Part shown: positions 25,756 to 35,056 of the stretch, in pieces
Numbering within the stretch: the first letter of the stretch is position 1
Layout of the letters: every line of letters starts with the position of its first letter
Origin: Caldilineales bacterium
GTDB lineage: Bacteria; Chloroflexota; Anaerolineae; Caldilineales; Caldilineaceae
DNA length: 51,584 nucleotides
Assembly: GCA_038225095.1 (NCBI GenBank)
Contig: JBBREZ010000001.1
Location: 1-51,584, forward strand
Direction of reading: 5' to 3'
Notes under the pieces: generated by a model
Told to the model about the DNA's origin: nothing
Database searches by the model: none
The model's input: the letters and a program-made list of their open reading frames with translations, nothing else
Translations under genes and position numbers: made by a program

Positions 25756-28090
25756 CTTCTTGATCTTTGTTTTTCAACAAGACTTCACGTCCTTGCCCGC
25801 CGCCTAAATCTGGGCCCACAATGCCCTTGGCTTCTAATGCATCCATCAAACCGGCTGCTTTAGGGTAACCAACGCGCAATTTGCGTTGTAGCATGCTCGT
25901 GCTACACGATTTCATCGCGCGGACAACATCAATCGCGTCTTGCAGCAACTCATCCTCGTCGTCCAGTTGATCGAGCAAGCCAGTCCACGGTGCCACTGCC
26001 GGCAACTCTACGCCAGTCGCATTTGTTTTCCAAAACTGCGCCACTCGGCTGATTTCGTCATCGCCGACAAAACAGCCCTGGACGCGAAAGAGTTTGGCGG
26101 CATCCGAGCGCATCATTAACATATCACCCTGGCCAAGCAAGCGTTCGGCGCCAGGCGTATCCAGAATCACGCGGCTATCCGTCTGGCTGGTGACAGAAAA
26201 GGCGATGCGGGTGGGAAAGTTCGCTTTGATCAAACCGGTAACCACGTCAACACTAGGCCGCTGGGTCGCCAGGATCAGATGAATGCCCGTCGCACGCGCC
26301 ATTTGCGCCAGACGACAAATTTGGCGTTCAATGTCCTCAGCCGCCGTCATCATCAAATCGGCTAATTCATCAATAATCAGGACAATATAGGGTAAGTGCT
26401 CAAGTTGATTGTCACCTTTGCGTTGCTGGGTTACCAAGCCGTTATAGGTGTCAATATTGCGCACGCCAAGCTGTTGGAAAAGTCGATAACGGTCGTCCAT
26501 CTGAAGCAATAGCCAAGTCAATGCCCCCATCACTTGATCGACTTGTGTAATGACTTTGCCCAGCAAATGGGGAATGCCATTATAACCAGGCAATTCGACC
26601 ATTTTGGGATCAACCATCACAAACCGCAACGTTTCTGGCCCATGTTGCATCAGCAAACCGGTGATAATCGTATTAATACAAGCCGATTTGCCCGAACCAG
26701 TGGCACCCGCGATCAGAATATGGGGCGCACGCGTCAAGTCCATGACCACCGGTTCACCCGACGTGTTCCGGCCCAAGGGCAACGTTAGTTTGCCGCCCTC
26801 TTTCACCATCGCACTACTTTCCAGGATACCCCGCAGCGTAACTCTAATTTTGATCAGATTGGGCACTTCGATGCCCACATAGGGGCGGCCAGGCACAGGC
26901 GCTTCGATGCGGACCGAAGGGGCGGCCAGGGCCAGGGCTAAATCGTCGGCCAAATTGGCAATCCGGCTGACACGCACCTTACGCCGTTGACCACCCCGTT
27001 CCAGATAGAGCGGCTCTACACCAAACTGGGTGACAGTCGGGCCGCTTTCCACATGCACAACCTTCACGGGTACATTAAAATCTTCCAGCGTCGTCTCGAT
27101 TAACTGTTGAAGCGCCCGGACATCGGTCTGTTTGATCACGCCGGTATCGACCAGCAACAAATCCAGCGCCGGCAGCGCGTTGTTCGTGCGCGTGACTTTA
27201 GGCGTGGGCGCCATTGTTTTCGGCGCTTTGGCTGCTTTGGACTTCGCTTCACTGGCAGATTTTTGTTCAACCGGTGCTGGCTGTTCGCTAGTTGCTTGGG
27301 CAACCACCGCTGCAGTCGCTGTCGTTCGCTTACGGGGCGCTTTTTCGGCAGCCACCGGCTTAGTGCTGGATAGTTCAAGCTCGCTGGCGATAGTCATGGC
27401 TCTAGCACCCTGGTGGGCAGGCACAAAATTACCAGCTTTGGGGAAAACAATCTTTTTCTGGTCGCCCTCTCCACTGCGCCCTCGATCCAGTGGCAGCCAA
27501 GCACGGGGCTGGGTGAAGCGGAACGGAGTGAACCTGTAGGCTAATGGCGGGATAAAGCGGGTCAGATAGATCACAACGTAGATCAGCGGTGTATACAGCA
27601 GCAGGAAGCGGAGCGCAAACAAGCCAATCAAGCCAATGATGGCCAGCGCTGGCCATTGGCCTAACGTAGCGACCAAAAGGGTGCCGAAAGACCAACCCAC
27701 CAATCCACCGTTGGCACCGTCGATCGGTGTGCGCCAAGTGACGGCGTCGTTATACCAAGCGAACGTTCCCGCTTGCAGGCTCAACAGAAATAACTCAGCA
27801 CCGACAATGGCCTCTATGCGCCAATAACCGGCACGGGGGCCCAACATCAGCACCCCACCCACGGTTAAAAAGGTTAACACGACCAATGGAGCAGTCCAGC
27901 CCACCATGCCCACGATCCAAGGTAAATTTTCCAGGCCACCCGTACGCGTGCCAGCTAGGCTGAAGAAAAAAATTCCGCCGACCATAAAAACCAGGAAACC
28001 GATAAACTCAACGTTAAAGTTTTCCTGGGCTTCTTGGAGTAGACTCCGTAAATTTGTCGGTTGCGAATTTTGTGGTTCTGCCATAATCAT
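25730..28090 (-). CDS. ftsK: DNA translocase FtsK/SpoIIIE
   Basis: N-terminal TM helices and a low-complexity linker. The motor domain has GATGSGKS Walker A and LIIDELADLMM Walker B. There is a C-terminal winged-helix gamma-like domain (STSMLQRKLRVGYPKAAGLMDALE). Confidence 0.95.
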   Translation of the reverse strand: MIMAEPQNSQPTNLRSLLQEAQENFNVEFIGFLVFMVGGIFFFSLAGTRTGGLENLPWIVGMVGWTAPLVVLTFLTVGGVLMLGPRAGYWRIEAIVGAELFLLSLQAGTFAWYNDAVTWRTPIDGANGGLVGWSFGTLLVATLGQWPALAIIGLIGLFALRFLLLYTPLIYVVIYLTRFIPPLAYRFTPFRFTQPRAWLPLDRGRSGEGDQKKIVFPKAGNFVPAHQGARAMTIASELELSSTKPVAAEKAPRKRTTATAAVVAQATSEQPAPVEQKSASEAKSKAAKAPKTMAPTPKVTRTNNALPALDLLLVDTGVIKQTDVRALQQLIETTLEDFNVPVKVVHVESGPTVTQFGVEPLYLERGGQRRKVRVSRIANLADDLALALAAPSVRIEAPVPGRPYVGIEVPNLIKIRVTLRGILESSAMVKEGGKLTLPLGRNTSGEPVVMDLTRAPHILIAGATGSGKSACINTIITGLLMQHGPETLRFVMVDPKMVELPGYNGIPHLLGKVITQVDQVMGALTWLLLQMDDRYRLFQQLGVRNIDTYNGLVTQQRKGDNQLEHLPYIVLIIDELADLMMTAAEDIERQICRLAQMARATGIHLILATQRPSVDVVTGLIKANFPTRIAFSVTSQTDSRVILDTPGAERLLGQGDMLMMRSDAAKLFRVQGCFVGDDEISRVAQFWKTNATGVELPAVAPWTGLLDQLDDEDELLQDAIDVVRAMKSCSTSMLQRKLRVGYPKAAGLMDALEAKGIVGPDLGGGQGREVLLKNKDQEVGEQSDEN

Positions 28091-28117
28091 GCATCACTGG
28101 TGAGTGGAGAGTGGTGC

Positions 28118-30157
28118 TTATTTTACCACTTCATTGATTGTAGCGGACGACATTATTTTTTCGGATCCATTGACTTTTTCTAACCCGTTAACTTTTTCCG
28201 ATGTATGACTATCAACGCGTTTGTCTTGTTCCATTTCGCTCAAAACGCGTGCCAATTGACCAATCGCCACTCGCTGTTTGCGATAAAGATCGCTCTCGCT
28301 CATGGCAAGCCGGTCGGCAATTTCGCGCACTTTGCGGCCCTGGATAAAACGCATGGCCAAAATATTATAGAGCAACCATTCCGGCGCGCTCAGGTTTTGT
28401 TTGCCATCCGGCTTCAAGCGTTCAATCGCTGTCCCCAGCACCAGCCGCAAAGCCTTGGTGGGGTCATCATTGGCCTGGTCTAGCGTATGGGCCACAATTT
28501 GCAGGCGCGTGAGCGGACTGTCGGTCAGTTTCGGCCCGCCCCAATAATGGCTCAAGGCATCCTTAACCCAGCTTTCAAATTCTGGGCTATGGATCGGGCT
28601 AGGATCAAAAAGAGCGGTGGCCGGCTGGGTGTCACTCTCGTTGGCGGTATACGGCACAATGCCACGCCATTGTTGCACCTGTTCCATGGAAGGAATAATC
28701 CGCCGCAACGTTACAAAAACCCCTTGCTGCAATTTTCGATCCGCGAGCACGCCAGTGATGCGCTCCAACATGCGATCCAGCACACCGATTTCATCTAGAC
28801 TTAACAAGGGCGTTTCCGTACGCGCCTTGACGCCAAGCACGCCCAGAATGCGCGGGTTGTCGCCATCGTTCACTAATTCGAGCAGCGGCCAGATCCAAAA
28901 ACCAGCGTGCGAAAGTGGCCCCAATGGCTGGGTTCGCTTGAGCGCACGGCTTAAGGTATCAGCCCAATCAGGCACAGCCATCACTTGTTCACGGGTCTGA
29001 TCGGCGCCAACCACGGCTTCCAACATGAGCTCTGGCCCAACGACGCCCGCCACAAAGCCAGAAGGCACCCGCAGTAATTCACACAGGGCAGTGAGGTTAT
29101 TTTCTAGAAACTGGCGCAAATCGGTCGTCGTTAACAGGCGGCGGTCCAACTCACGCAGCCAGGCCACCTCGTCGCGATCTTGCCGATAGACCAGGCGATC
29201 GGTCAATGTTTTCGAGACACTCAGAAAAAGTTGGCTCACCACGATCACGCCAGTGATAATGCTGAACAACACAAGGTCCGTGGGCAAGCCCATAATGCGC
29301 TCGATTGTAGGCACCGTTTGCACGGCCAGAATCACAAAGATCGCTACGACGGGCCCCCGCATGAAGAAACGGAGTAAACGGTAGCGCACCACGCGGTCTG
29401 GTGTGTAAACACCAAAGTAAGCAACCGTGTAACTCATCAAAACCAGCAAGGTCGCCACGCCCAAATTGCCAATCAAGGATAACAAAAAAACCGCAACGCT
29501 CGAATGCGCGGTCGTTATCACACGGCTAAGCCCAATCAGATAGGGGAAAACACCAACCCCCGGCGCCATAAAACCGAGCAGTAAATAAGTCATCCGTTGG
29601 CGGCTATTATCCGTCAAGCAACGCTGGCGCGCCTTATTAATATTGCCTAAAGCGAGCAAGAGGACGACAGCAAAATAAATCGCAAACAGCCAAAAATAAG
29701 GTCCAGCCTTCAAATAGCTGATGGGCGGATCAAAACGAATGCCATTGACGACCTGCCCACCTAAGACGGCATCCACTGCGCTCGCCACCCCCAACACCAC
29801 AACGATGTTGGCCACCCAACGCCGCCGACGGATTCGATAATTGGTGGTTTGCAGCACGCTAAGCGCAAAATTATACGAAGCAGCAGGCAGGAAGGCAATG
29901 CCTAGCCATTGAAAACGCAACCAACGTTCTGCCGACCCAACGGTGCTCACCCGTTCTAAGGCGACATCACTGGCATAGGTGATCATCACACAGGCCAGCA
30001 ACAAAGCAAAACGCCGTGCCACCGGGTTGCGAAAATTATACGTGAAGGTATAAGCCATTAATGAAAAGGCAAGAATCGTCACCACGGATGACATCATCAC
30101 ATTGGAGAATGCCAAAAGGTGACTCAGGCTGAACGTAGATTCCAGCATAGGTATCAA
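28118..30157 (-). CDS. Membrane-anchored putative transcription regulator: ~8-TM N-terminal sensor-like domain, central region, C-terminal sigma-70 region-4/LuxR-like HTH
   Basis: The first ~300 aa are polytopic. The C-terminus WLLYNILAMRFIQGRKVREIADRLAMSESDLYRKQRVAIGQLARVL matches a sigma70_r4-type helix-turn-helix. The TTG start at 30157 overlaps the upstream stop; the ATG at 30148 is an alternative. Confidence 0.65.
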   Translation of the reverse strand: MIPMLESTFSLSHLLAFSNVMMSSVVTILAFSLMAYTFTYNFRNPVARRFALLLACVMITYASDVALERVSTVGSAERWLRFQWLGIAFLPAASYNFALSVLQTTNYRIRRRRWVANIVVVLGVASAVDAVLGGQVVNGIRFDPPISYLKAGPYFWLFAIYFAVVLLLALGNINKARQRCLTDNSRQRMTYLLLGFMAPGVGVFPYLIGLSRVITTAHSSVAVFLLSLIGNLGVATLLVLMSYTVAYFGVYTPDRVVRYRLLRFFMRGPVVAIFVILAVQTVPTIERIMGLPTDLVLFSIITGVIVVSQLFLSVSKTLTDRLVYRQDRDEVAWLRELDRRLLTTTDLRQFLENNLTALCELLRVPSGFVAGVVGPELMLEAVVGADQTREQVMAVPDWADTLSRALKRTQPLGPLSHAGFWIWPLLELVNDGDNPRILGVLGVKARTETPLLSLDEIGVLDRMLERITGVLADRKLQQGVFVTLRRIIPSMEQVQQWRGIVPYTANESDTQPATALFDPSPIHSPEFESWVKDALSHYWGGPKLTDSPLTRLQIVAHTLDQANDDPTKALRLVLGTAIERLKPDGKQNLSAPEWLLYNILAMRFIQGRKVREIADRLAMSESDLYRKQRVAIGQLARVLSEMEQDKRVDSHTSEKVNGLEKVNGSEKIMSSATINEVVK

Positions 30158-30963
30158 CTAACCCATTCAAGTTCTTCTTCGACCACAACCCACATGTTGC
30201 GGCGTTTATGGAAACGCAAGCGAAAACCACCCCCCACCATCGGCGAGCGACGAATATGGATTTGTAATTCAGCGTCCTGCACCGTGCGAAATTCTATCGG
30301 ATCCATTTCGATCACAGGCCCTTCCGACAGCGGCGCTGGTTCATCGGGCATCAGCCAAAGCGCATCGCCTTCAAAGCCCAGCCGGCCTTCAACTTCAGCC
30401 GGATGACACCGAATGCGCAATTGCGCCGGTTTACCATCCAGGCCAGGGTCCAAGTGGCGCAGTAAACCTAATTTATGCACCAAAGCCGTGCGGCGGATGC
30501 GCAAAGTATCCGGTTCCTGGGCGTCAGAACTCCGATAATAACGGGCCAGGGCATACGTCGGGCCAAAGGCGTTCTGTTGGCTTAGTAAGCGCAGCAACTC
30601 TTCGCGCACGCCATTCCACCGATAGCGCCACTCCTTCGTACGGATTTGATCGCCATATTCCAACAATTCCAACGTTGCCTCAGAGCCCAGTCGGCTGATA
30701 ATCGCCACGGGCGGCAGACGAGTCGGGTCTTGCTTGAGCTGCGCCAACAAGAGGGCGGGGGTCGTTTCTACTTCATCTGGCTGCAGAAACGAACGGCGCG
30801 TACTCAGGCTAAAAAAGATCCCAATCCCGATCGCCCCGGTGAGTAAGCTAACCAGTGTCCACGCGACCGGGTCCATCGATGCCAAGATTCGCGCAAACGA
30901 GGGAAACTGATTCAAATCCAACCGCGCTAAAAAACGTTGGAGAAATTGCAAAGGCTCCTGCAT
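30154..30963 (-). CDS. Hypothetical protein with one TM helix (269 aa), translationally coupled to the membrane-anchored regulator
   Basis: Clean ORF with a single hydrophobic helix (WTLVSLLTGAIGIGIFFSL). Its stop overlaps the next gene's start. I recognise no family. Confidence 0.6.
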   Translation of the reverse strand: MQEPLQFLQRFLARLDLNQFPSFARILASMDPVAWTLVSLLTGAIGIGIFFSLSTRRSFLQPDEVETTPALLLAQLKQDPTRLPPVAIISRLGSEATLELLEYGDQIRTKEWRYRWNGVREELLRLLSQQNAFGPTYALARYYRSSDAQEPDTLRIRRTALVHKLGLLRHLDPGLDGKPAQLRIRCHPAEVEGRLGFEGDALWLMPDEPAPLSEGPVIEMDPIEFRTVQDAELQIHIRRSPMVGGGFRLRFHKRRNMWVVVEEELEWVS

Positions 30964-31090
30964 AGTCCGAATTTGTCACCGTCCCCCCGCGGGAAGCTCA
31001 TCGGCTTTAGCCATGAGAGGGATAGCGGCTGATGCAGTAGCATCAGGACATCGTCGTAAGCGTTTTGACACAATTAGAACCCTCCCAAAA

Positions 31091-31099
31091 TGGTATAAT
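31091..31099 (+). promoter_or_regulatory. Extended -10 promoter-like element TGGTATAAT (orientation and function uncertain)
   Basis: It matches TGnTATAAT. A TTGACA at 31065-31070 is 23 nt away, which is non-canonical spacing. On the opposite strand TATTAT could serve the 30963 operon. Confidence 0.3.
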
Positions 31100-31373
31100 A
31101 GAGCTAAGTTTCGCCGGGTGAACAGCACTTAAACGTCTCGTATTGTTCGCACGTCTGTGGTGTGACGCACCTTTAGTCAGTAGACTCAACCAGCCACCAG
31201 GCATACCGGCGGATAACCTGGACTCGATGGCTAATGTCTCGGCAAGCGTAAACGGTTGTGGTTTAAGGCACGCTTGAGCCAGGGACAAGCCAACGCCTAA
31301 AGTCGTTGGTAACTGACCGTTTCATTGTGATTCAACCTATCAAGCCATTTTACCACAACTTAGCTAATTAGGA

Positions 31374-31446
31374 CTAGGGATAAGGGACACGGGATTAGGT
31401 TGCTGAACATCCTTAATCCCATATCCCTTATCCCTACTGTCCCTAG
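31374..31446. repeat. Imperfect palindrome built on gggataaggga/gggattagg words
   Basis: ctagggataagggacacgggattagg (31374-31399) against ccttaatcccatatcccttatccctactgtccctag (31411-31446). Confidence 0.8.
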
Positions 31447-31452
31447 CCTCAG

Positions 31453-31502
31453 CCCTTGCTTGTGCAAGACAACCAGTCCCCTTGCTTGTGCAAGACAACC
31501 AG
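31453..31502 (+). repeat. Perfect tandem duplication of a 25-mer (cccttgcttgtgcaagacaaccagt x2)
   Basis: Copy 1 is 31453-31477 and copy 2 is 31478-31502, and they are identical. Each contains the CTTG-TG-CAAG mini-palindrome. Confidence 0.95.
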
Positions 31503-31514
31503 TCACAGTATAAT
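31486..31514 (+). promoter_or_regulatory. Candidate promoter of the fasciclin lipoprotein gene
   Basis: TTGTGC (31486-31491) - 17 nt - TATAAT (31509-31514). SD aaggagggg and the ATG at 31574 lie downstream. The -35 element sits inside copy 2 of the 25-mer. Confidence 0.5.
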
Positions 31515-31573
31515 CCTCTCACTACCTTTCAGTGTCTGGCATTCGCTAGGCCACTCCCCAAGGAGGGGACTTT

Positions 31574-32545
31574 ATGCGACGGATAATTTTCTTGCCAATT
31601 TTGCTTGTTTTATCACTGGTGCTAGCCGCCTGTCCACCTGGACCAGCCCCTACCGCTGCGCCCATTGTACCAACACCGGTAGCAACAAAAGCGTCCATCC
31701 CTACCCCGACGCCCCATCCGATGGACATCGTAGACACCCTCGCCGCAACAGGTAATTTTGCTACGCTGGCGACCGCAATCCAAGTGACTGATTTGAGCGC
31801 AAAATTAAAAAGCACAGGTCCATTCACCGTCTTTGCCCCCACCGATCAGGCTTTTGCCGCGCTCCCCCCCGGTCTCTTTAACGATAAGGACCACCTCTGG
31901 GAAGTCCTGCTCTATCACATCGCCGCGACCCGTGTCACAAGTGACAGTTTGAGCAGTGGCGCCACCATAAAAACCTTGCTCGGTGACGATTTGAAGGTCA
32001 GCAAACAAGGCAAAATGATTAAAGTTAACGATGCAACCTTGATCGCTACGCCGATCCAGGCCACCAACGGTCTGATCTATGCGCTCGATAAAGTTTTGTT
32101 GCCGCCAGCGAAGGCGTCTGCGGCTACCGCCAAAGCCACGATCAGCGACATTTTGACCACCGACGCCCGCTTCAGTACGCTGGTCGATGCCCTAAAAGCG
32201 ACCGGTGTCTATACCGAATTGCAAGGTACGGGTCCATTCACGATCTTTGCGCCGGCGCAACAGGCATTCTCCAACTTACCAAGCCCACTCATTGGCAGTT
32301 TATTCAGGGGCCCCCAGGTCTGGACGCGGGTGCTTCATTATCACATCATTTCCGGCAAAAAATTATTGGCGGCCGATATGACCAACCAGCGCGTTGAACA
32401 AACGGAAGAAGGGTCAACCTTAGTATTTTCAAAGCAGGGCGATACGCTCCTCGTTGGTGAGGCCAAAATTACCGAGACCGATATTCAGGCCGCCAATGGG
32501 GTGATTCATGTGATCGACAAAGTGTTGGTCCCGCCGTTGGATTAA
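31574..32545 (+). CDS. Fasciclin (FAS1) domain lipoprotein, two FAS1 domains
   Basis: Lipobox LVLAAC. Twice-repeated FAS1 signatures (TVFAPTDQAFAALP...TNGLIYALDKVLLPP and TIFAPAQQAFSNLP...ANGVIHVIDKVLVPP). Confidence 0.9.
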   Translation: MRRIIFLPILLVLSLVLAACPPGPAPTAAPIVPTPVATKASIPTPTPHPMDIVDTLAATGNFATLATAIQVTDLSAKLKSTGPFTVFAPTDQAFAALPPGLFNDKDHLWEVLLYHIAATRVTSDSLSSGATIKTLLGDDLKVSKQGKMIKVNDATLIATPIQATNGLIYALDKVLLPPAKASAATAKATISDILTTDARFSTLVDALKATGVYTELQGTGPFTIFAPAQQAFSNLPSPLIGSLFRGPQVWTRVLHYHIISGKKLLAADMTNQRVEQTEEGSTLVFSKQGDTLLVGEAKITETDIQAANGVIHVIDKVLVPPLD

Positions 32546-32548
32546 TCA

Positions 32549-32616
32549 GTAGGGGCGAGGCATGACCACCTTCAATTGGGAAGCCTCTTGATCTGCTGGT
32601 CATGCCTCGCCCCTAC
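32549..32616. repeat. REP-like hairpin with GTAGG...CCTAC termini (terminator position)
   Basis: Perfect 20-bp arms gtaggggcgaggcatgacca / tggtcatgcctcgcccctac with a 28-nt loop, starting 4 nt after the fasciclin stop codon. Confidence 0.9.
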
Positions 32617-32674
32617 AAACACGAAATATCAACTTAACCCTCTATCAATTGAATCAGAAAGTTATTTCCATTCT

Positions 32675-33508
32675 ATGGCTGTCGCTTCACTACACTTTAC
32701 CGAACTTGCCCCCGGCATTGCTGTCGGGGCTCCTGTACCACCGGCGTGGCGCGCGCTGATTAAGCACCCGCTCCTCATTATTGTCGGCGTGACGGGCGTG
32801 GGCAAAAGTACAACGCTGGAAAAATTAGCCAAAACTGGGCTAGACTATACGTTACTGCCCAATCGGCGTGTGCTGACCGACCAGTTGCTCATTGCCTATA
32901 TGCAGGCGTTGGACCAGCAACCGATCCAACCCGTGACCGACCGCAAGTTACGTTTCGACTATACACGCCGCTTTCGAGAACAATTTGCGGGGGGCATGAG
33001 CCATGCGCTTACCCACCTCTGGATTGATCCAACCCAATCGCGCGCCCATCTGCTCTTTGACGGGCTACGCGGCGTCGACGAGGTGATGCACGCGATCCAG
33101 GCGCTGCCCCAGGCGCGCTTTGTCGTGTTACATGCGCCCGATGTGGTGCGGGTGCAACGCTTATTGGGGCGTAATGATACCTTCGATCAGATGGCCGTTA
33201 CACCTGCGGCCAACGCATCAGCCAACGAGCTTGCCAGTTTCGCGGCCTTGGGTATTCCTGAAGCCGCCACTTTGTTCACCAGCGAAGAAGAACAAAAGTT
33301 GTTAACTTTGCTGCAAGCTGGTGGGGTCAGCGCCGATGATTTGCGTGCTAAACTGCAAATCGTGGTCGAAGAACGCCGCAACTATGATCCAACCGCCGCC
33401 ATCGCCGTTTTGCAGGCCAATGCGCCCGAACGCACACTCGTGATCGATACCACCCAGAACACGCCTTCGCAAGTTACACGGGCGCTGGTTACTTTTATGG
33501 CGAAGTAG
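32675..33508 (+). CDS. Hypothetical P-loop NTPase (277 aa)
   Basis: Walker A GVTGVGKST near the N-terminus; the rest is unrecognised. I chose the ATG at 32675 because the ORF-track start at 32576 lies inside the REP hairpin. No clear SD. Confidence 0.55.
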   Translation: MAVASLHFTELAPGIAVGAPVPPAWRALIKHPLLIIVGVTGVGKSTTLEKLAKTGLDYTLLPNRRVLTDQLLIAYMQALDQQPIQPVTDRKLRFDYTRRFREQFAGGMSHALTHLWIDPTQSRAHLLFDGLRGVDEVMHAIQALPQARFVVLHAPDVVRVQRLLGRNDTFDQMAVTPAANASANELASFAALGIPEAATLFTSEEEQKLLTLLQAGGVSADDLRAKLQIVVEERRNYDPTAAIAVLQANAPERTLVIDTTQNTPSQVTRALVTFMAK

Positions 33509-33677
33509 CAGGGCAACATACATGTTTTGGTATTGCTTAAAGACGGGCACGCAATCGGCGGCGAAGGACGTTGGCGGGTTTAGCCATTCCTGGATGCGCC
33601 GCCAACCGCATGCCCCTACTGATTAATTTACTTACACTGTACTGACGTTTAAAACTCAAGCAAACGCGATCAATCCT

Positions 33678-34769
33678 ATGTTATTAACGCCGCTTACCAT
33701 CGAGCATATTTCCACCACCATCTTTCGATTGCCGATGTTTGGTGCGTTGCGCTGGGGCAAAAGTAGTACGTTGGCCGAAGCGCGCCATGTGTTAGTGCAG
33801 GTAACGCTCAGTGACGGCAGCGTCGGGGTGGCCGAAGCGCCGCCCCGCCCTACCATCTATGGGGAAACAGTTTACAGCATTACCAGCATTATCGAACATG
33901 AATTAGCACCGCGCGTGGTCGGCATTCCGCTAGAAAAGGTTCAATCTCGGCTACACGAAATCAAGTATAATTACGCCGCCAAAGGCGCGCTGGATATGGC
34001 CTTACAGGATGCCTTAGCCCATCACGCAGGCATTGCATTGGCCGAACATTTGGGCGCACAGACGCAACGGCTGCAGGTCAGTTACATCTTGGGCATCGGT
34101 GATCGCGATACCGTGTTGGCCGAAGCGCAACGGGTTTTTGATCAAGGCGTGCGTGTGTTAAAGGTCAAAGTCGGGCGCGAATGGGGCGAAGATGTGGCCC
34201 AGATTCGCGATTTGCAGTGCATGTTTGGCGGTGCAATGGCGCTGTACGCCGACGCCAATGAATGTTTGGCAACGGACGAGGCAGCGCGCAAGCTCGCTTA
34301 TCTACACGAAATGGGCTTGCTTTATTGTGAAGAAGCCCTGCCTGTGGAATTGATCCGTGAACGCGCGGCCTTGCGCAAGCAGCAGGTGATGCCTTTGATC
34401 GCCGATGACAGTTGCTTCACAGTGCGCGATCTGCAACGCGAGCTCGCGTTGGATACGTTTGATATTCTCAACATCAAGACTGCACGCACCGGTTATACGG
34501 AATCGCAAAGTATGTACCAGTTAGCACGCCAGCATGGGAAAGGCGTGATGATCGGTTCGCAGGCAAGCGCCGGTCTGGGCACGGTACGGGCTGCGCTTTT
34601 TGCCGCCCTGCCCGGCATCGAATACCCTTCCGAACTCAGCTTTTTTCTCAAGCTGAAAGAGGACATTATTGATCGACCGATTCCGATTGTGGACGGCTAT
34701 ATTGAGCTCGCCACTGTGCGCAATGTCCGCGTCGATCCAGACTTGTTGCGCGCAGCGACGGTTAAATAA
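33678..34769 (+). CDS. Enolase-superfamily enzyme (mandelate racemase / muconate lactonizing enzyme family; dipeptide-epimerase-like)
   Basis: KVKVGR.., metal ligands in LYADANE / EEALP / IADDS, and LNIKTARTG (catalytic Lys region), all in the usual spacing for MR/MLE members. Confidence 0.8.
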   Translation: MLLTPLTIEHISTTIFRLPMFGALRWGKSSTLAEARHVLVQVTLSDGSVGVAEAPPRPTIYGETVYSITSIIEHELAPRVVGIPLEKVQSRLHEIKYNYAAKGALDMALQDALAHHAGIALAEHLGAQTQRLQVSYILGIGDRDTVLAEAQRVFDQGVRVLKVKVGREWGEDVAQIRDLQCMFGGAMALYADANECLATDEAARKLAYLHEMGLLYCEEALPVELIRERAALRKQQVMPLIADDSCFTVRDLQRELALDTFDILNIKTARTGYTESQSMYQLARQHGKGVMIGSQASAGLGTVRAALFAALPGIEYPSELSFFLKLKEDIIDRPIPIVDGYIELATVRNVRVDPDLLRAATVK

Positions 34770-34855
34770 GTGGTAAAGGGTAAGTGGTAACTTATGAACG
34801 TGCGGATGGGCTGACCGTTATAACTTACGATTCCCCTACAGACACATTACATGTC

Positions 34856-34878
34856 GTAGGCACCCAGGGGGTGCCTAC
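34856..34878. repeat. Short REP-like hairpin gtaggcaccc-agg-gggtgcctac
   Basis: 10-bp perfect arms with GTAGG...CCTAC termini. It sits in a repeat-rich 287-bp intergenic region that also holds ggagc/gcacgcct nested inverted repeats at about 34944-35000. Confidence 0.85.
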
Positions 34879-35056
34879 AGTATGCGCCTATTATCTGTTT
34901 TGTCTATTATAACAGCGCCAGGTTGTTAATCGGTAGACCACAGCGGAGCCGGCACGCCTACGCGCCGGACCATGCGCACGAGGCGTGCTTGCTCCGCCCT
35001 TGCGCGGAACCTTGCTTGCGCTGTCATACTATTAATTACGCTTAAAGGAATGAATT

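Noticed and set aside
31043-31288. 81-aa minus-strand ORF in the gap upstream of the fasciclin gene.
   Set aside because: It has no SD and the start is not supported. The sequence is better explained as structured non-coding DNA (see the finding at 31091-31366).
31100-31366. I tried to assign this region to SRP RNA, 6S RNA, tmRNA, RNase P RNA, or TPP/cobalamin/ZTP riboswitches.
   Set aside because: The diagnostic motifs are absent. There is no GGAAGCAGCC-type SRP domain IV, no CUGAGA...ACCUGAUCUGGAUAAUGCCAGCG TPP core, no B12 box, and no GGGG 5' end or CCA tail for tmRNA. I left it unassigned.
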